Positions 58,692 through 64,000 of a DNA stretch of 64,000 nt are shown here, piece by piece. Below the pieces are notes generated by a model. That model was not told where the DNA came from. It did no database searches and worked only from the letters and a program-made list of their open reading frames with translations. This DNA comes from Eledone cirrhosa (lineage: Eukaryota). Location: contig OZ024755.1 of NCBI GenBank assembly GCA_964016885.1, positions 6,944,001-7,008,000 on the forward strand, in the 5' to 3' direction. The position numbers and the translations under genes are program-made. Numbering within the stretch: the first letter of the stretch is position 1; each line of letters begins with the position of its first letter.

Positions 58692-59195
58692 CACATTCTG
58701 AGAAATGGTATGAGCATAGGCCAGAGGCGGTGATGGAGAACAGTCAGGTGAAGGTGCTGTGGGATTTTAGGATACAGACGGACAAAAAACTGGAGCACAA
58801 TAGACCTGACCTGGTGGTTGTGGACAAAGAAAAAAGATCGTGCCTGATTGTGGATGTGGCCTGCCCGTTCGACACGAGAGTGCAAGAGAAGGAGAGGGAG
58901 AAAATTAACCGATACCAGGACCTAAAGTGGGAGGTGAAAAGGATTTGGAACTGCCATGAAGTCAAAGTGATCCCGATTGTCATAGGCGCACTGGGGACTA
59001 TCTCCAAAGGTTTCCAGGGATGGTTAAAGAAAATCGGCCCCTTCACGCTTTTTGGAACGCTTCAAAAGGCATGCTTGCTTGGAACGGCAAGAACCCTCCG
59101 ATACGTCCTGAATATCTGAGGCTGCAGGTAGTGGCTTGATATTCAATCCAACGGACTTTCCAGTTAACCAACATCAATGACTGAGATTCAAGGAA
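58691..59195 (+). mobile_element. 5'-truncated Dong/R4-clade LINE (restriction-like endonuclease C-terminus, frame open to stop at 59119) in (TAA)n
   Basis: KWYEHRPE..LWDFRIQTD..HNRPDLVVVD..IVDVACPFD..KI.RYQDL..IPIVIGALG, with (AAT)n on both sides. Confidence 0.9.
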
Positions 59196-59205
59196 TAACA
59201 ATAAC

Positions 59206-59288
<83 letters not shown>

Positions 59289-59289
59289 T

Positions 59290-60688
59290 GATTTCTTTAT
59301 TGGCCACAAGGGCTGACATCGAGAAAAACATTACAGACGGCACAGGACGGTACAGGACAGTACGATGTGGGTTTTTTGCGTGTAAAGATTTTTATTATTT
59401 ATATAAGAAACGAAAAAGAAAAAAGACATAGAAACATATATATATATATAAACAATAAAAATGAAAATTCAAACAATGAAAAATTCCCCAACAGGGGGGA
59501 AACCTCCGAGGATTACTCGTGGCGAAAACCACACAAAAAGACCACGGCCACCCTGACCACCAGGGCAAGCGCCCTCTCAATTTTTCCATTCCTCAAACTA
59601 CAAGCGTATATTCAGAGCGGTCCCGTTCACTCGGACCATTCTCGCTACATTCACCCACCTTTCAACAAACTTGCTAGAAGACAGCACTTGCCTCTCCACC
59701 CTGATTTTCCTCTTCAAGTGAAACTTGAAAAAGTTAATCAGGGATTCGCCGAAGATGAAAGTGTCTGTCTTTAACCATTTCAACCTTGTCCACCATACAA
59801 TCTCTTTCGCCATGGCCACCAGGCAGATGAAAACTGCCTGCCCTTCCTCCTCGAAGGAAACCGCCTGCCCTTCCTCCGCGACAGCAACTGTTCGATATAG
59901 CTCCACAAATCAGCAATGCTCGGGCACTGAACGAGTGCGTGCACGACGGTTTCGTCGCTCTGCGCGCATCTCGGACAGGCTCGGCTGACGGCACTTCCGT
60001 GCCTGTAGAGCGTATCTCGAACCGGCAACGCTCCCCGTTAGCACTGCCAGGCCAGGGATTTCTGGAAGTTATCCATAGGCCCTAGGCCTGAAAGTTCTCC
60101 GGAAGAGAGCAAACAGCTGATCTTCTTCGACGCCCAGGATCTCTCCGAGAACGTCGTCGCTCTTCCCCTCCACTAGTCTTCTATAGAACGCCTAGGTGGA
60201 CGTTCCACCGATACTGGTGCCCGGCTGGCAGAGGACGGTGAGCGCCTGGAGACATTCCAGTTTCCAAGCGCTATCCCTTGGTCTTTTCCTGACCCAGGAC
60301 TGCAGCTCCGTCAAGGAGACGAGCTGTGGGAAAACGTGCCTGGCGAACGGCGACCACACCTGTTCACCGTTAAGGAAGCACCTGAGATGTCGCAGACTCA
60401 GCGCATGTTTGCGCATCATCAGCCATGGCATGCCCAGTCCTCCACGCAACGGGTGTTGACAGCAGATGGATCGTCTGACCATGGGAGCGCGTCCCTTCCA
60501 CAAAAAGCGAAAGAGGAGGCGCTCCATTTTGGTGAGAGTTGGGCCGGGGCAAGGGACGACGGTGAGGCGGTAGCAGATGACGGGTGCGATGTACGCATTC
60601 GCCACCTCCGCCCGGCCTTTCAGGGACAGCTTCCTCTCGGCCCATTTCTGGGTGAGGGAGGCCATCCTGCTCGTCACCTCGCTCCAGT
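59290..60688 (-). mobile_element. 5'-truncated Tx1/L1-clade LINE (ORF2 C-terminus with stops, and 3' UTR)
   Basis: W..RKLSLKGR..FRFLWKG..GGLGMP, then the zinc knuckle CPRCAQSDETVVHALVQC. In-frame stop at 60192; aataaa near the 3' end. Confidence 0.9.
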
Positions 60689-60801
60689 GGTGGTGATGAT
60701 GATGATGATGCTGATGACGATGGTGATCGTGATGGTGATGATGATGATGATGATGGTAGTGGTGGTGGTGGCAATGATGATGATGAGGATGATGATGGAA
60801 G

Positions 60802-60848
<47 letters not shown>

Positions 60849-61768
60849 GTGGTGGTGATGATGGTGGTGATGATGATAAATACTAAAAGGGTGGGAAGAT
60901 GGAAGGAACTGAAGTGAAAAGAAGAGAATCGGTAAACCACAAAGAGTAATAAATGAGACCACAAAAGACTTGTTTCTGGGAGGGAAGTAAAACAGGAACT
61001 CTTTTATAAAGGAGAGTCGGAAAAGTAGGAGGGGGGATAACGTTTCATTCAAAAGGAGAAATATGTAGATAGAGAGATAGAGAGATAGAGAGAAAGAGAG
61101 GGGGATACATACATATATATCTATATATATATATGAAGATAGAGAGAGAGAGAGATAGACAGATAGATAGAGAGAGCGAGAAAGAGAGAGAGACTGAGAG
61201 ATAGGGGTAGATAGATAGAGAGCGAGAGGGAGAGAGAGAGAGAGGGGGGGGGAGAAGTGAAAGAAAGGGCAGATTTGAATGAATTAAATCGATGTACAAA
61301 GAAGACGTACAGAAGACGTACAGAAGAATGAAAGAAAGAAGGAAGGAAGGAAAGAAAGAACGAAAGAAAGAACGAAAGAAAGAAAGAAAGAAAGAAAGAA
61401 AGAGTAGTTAGAGTGATGAACTTAATAGTGTAAGATGGCTGAAAGAAATGGAGTAGAAAAAAAAAGATAGAAGCTTCGACAATTACCGGAAGTTGGGAAA
61501 CAACAAATATGGAAGAAGTCAGCTGGAAAAAAAAATAAGATGTTGGAAAGTGACTGAAGATTCATAGATTGAGAGGAAGAGAGAGTGTGTGTGTAGATGT
61601 GTGTGTGTTTGTGTGTGTGTATGTGTGTGTACGTTTGTGTTGAGTGTCTGTTTGTGTGAGTGTGTGTATGTGTGTGTTTGAGAGTGGATGTGTGTGTTTG
61701 TGTGTGTGTGTGTGTTTGTGTTGAGTGTCTGTTTGTGTGAGTGTGTGTATGTGTGTGTTTGAGAGTGG

Positions 61769-61853
<85 letters not shown>

Positions 61854-62123
61854 TGCTGAGTGTCTGTTTGTGTGAGTGTGTGTATGTGTGTGTTTGAGAG
61901 TGGATGTGTGTGTATAGGTATCAATGTGTGTGTGTGATTGAGAAAGTAGGATAAAGTGAGAAAAATCAAGAGATTTGTTAATACAAAAACAGTGAAGAAA
62001 TATCTAGGGATATGTTTTGAAGAATATATATTTATGAGTGGATGTATATGTATGTGGATGTGTGAGTGTATACACACATACATATACACATATATATATA
62101 TATACATATATATGTATATATAT

Positions 62124-62221
<98 letters not shown>

Positions 62222-62257
62222 AGGGAGTGTAACGCTGAGTACATATGTGTATATATG

Positions 62258-62385
<128 letters not shown>

Positions 62386-62939
62386 TACATATATATATAT
62401 ATACATATATATATATGTGTGTGTATATATATATATATATGTATATATGTATATATAGAGAGAGGGAGCAGAACGAAATGACAATCATATATTGAAGGAG
62501 ATAAATGATTTTGATTCTTCGTCTTTCGTATGTGTGTACGGGTTTGTGTGTGAGTGAGGTAAACAGTAAATATATGTGTATGTGCTGGCTTGCGTGTGTG
62601 TGTGAGAGAGAGACAGACAGAGAGAGAGAGTAAATGGATGTGTGTGTGTGAGGGAACGAATGAATGTCCCGAAATTCTTAGCTTGAAGGACCACATCAAA
62701 CACTTCGATTTCATATAATGATTACAAGCACGATATACCGAAGTAGTGTTCATATTTATTCCTTCCGGCCCATGAGAGGATTTCAACTCAATATTCAAAC
62801 CTAACAAAATACTTATTTACGTTCTTCGTTTCTTCTTTCTATTTAGTACAACATTCTGAGTATTTACTGGAAAAGGTGGTATGTTGTGAGGTTCATGGGT
62901 TTTCCTAAATTCTTAATAAATGAAAATTAAAGCAACATA

Positions 62940-63095
62940 TTGGCATTGGCAGAGTCTTTAAAATGTCAGATAAAATGTCTCGGCGTTTGTTTTGGCCCTC
63001 TTTGCTCTCAGTTCAAATCCTGCTATTTCAACATTGCCTCTCATCCTATCGTGGTCGATAAGTAAAGTACTAGTCCAGGAGGATATGGATTGACT
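62940..63095 (+). mobile_element. Diverged SINE
   Basis: attggcagagtc..cagttcaaatcc..tcatcct..ggtcgataagtaaagtac. Confidence 0.7.
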
Positions 63096-63590
63096 GAATA
63101 AAGCGTCGGGTGGGATGTATTGTGCCATCTGTTCCGGTACTATGTTTTCTGAGTTTAAACAACACCTCTTGTCACCGGACAAAACAGTGATATTCCTGCT
63201 AGGAGTTACAACCAACTGACAGAATCAACAATGGAGAAACCATTGGTAACATAGTGTGCTTGGCCAGTTCTGATATTCATCTTTTTTTTAACAAATCAAG
63301 TTAAATATTTTAAATGAAGTTTTAAGACTTTCAATCAGGAATGAAGACTGTAAATCATACTTATCTAGACGGTAACAAATTTCGCTATATGCGGCTCAAC
63401 TTGATTCTTGTTAGACTGGAAAAAGTTCACGAAATAGTTGATTTACCATAAAAAGTGCAGAGTCTAACGTTCCTCAACTTGAACTTCGTCTTGGACTGAG
63501 AAGAGTATGAAAGTATTGGAACGTGGCTCAACTTGATTCTTGTTAGATTCCAATCTAAGTCGACTTCGTATACATACATACATATATATG

Positions 63591-63805
<215 letters not shown>

Positions 63806-63806
63806 A

Positions 63807-63850
<44 letters not shown>

Positions 63851-64000
63851 CATATGCTTTCAGAAAAAGCAACAAACAGGCTAGTGAATAAAATTCGAGC
63901 AGGTGACTCTCTTCTTTGAATACTCTTCTAATGACCTGCCATAATAGACTGAAACTAATAGTATTTGGTCTTACCATTGTTTCTCGGCCGACCAAAATAT

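Overview
Eukaryotic, AT-rich, extremely microsatellite-dense non-coding DNA. The repeat landscape (dense (TA)n/(CA)n/(GA)n/(GGT)n tracts, a very abundant tRNA-derived SINE, Dong/R4, RTE and Tx1 LINE fragments) suggests an octopus or other coleoid cephalopod genome; this is inference. No intact host gene is visible: nearly all ORFs are microsatellite translations, and there is one candidate 69-nt exon. The main unexplained structure is a set of about 20 short (50-400 bp) islands inside (TA)n tracts, from at least five sequence families. Most carry a type I hammerhead ribozyme motif (CTGANGA...GAAA...TH, with a palindromic stem/loop III) or its 3' half. Many are asymmetric fold-back palindromes, with one long arm carrying a tail and one short arm ending in TA, and four families share a TYGAGTRCYT tail motif. 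They look like non-autonomous Penelope-like/retrozyme-type elements targeting (TA)n. All alignments and folds were done by eye, so coordinates may be off by a few bases.
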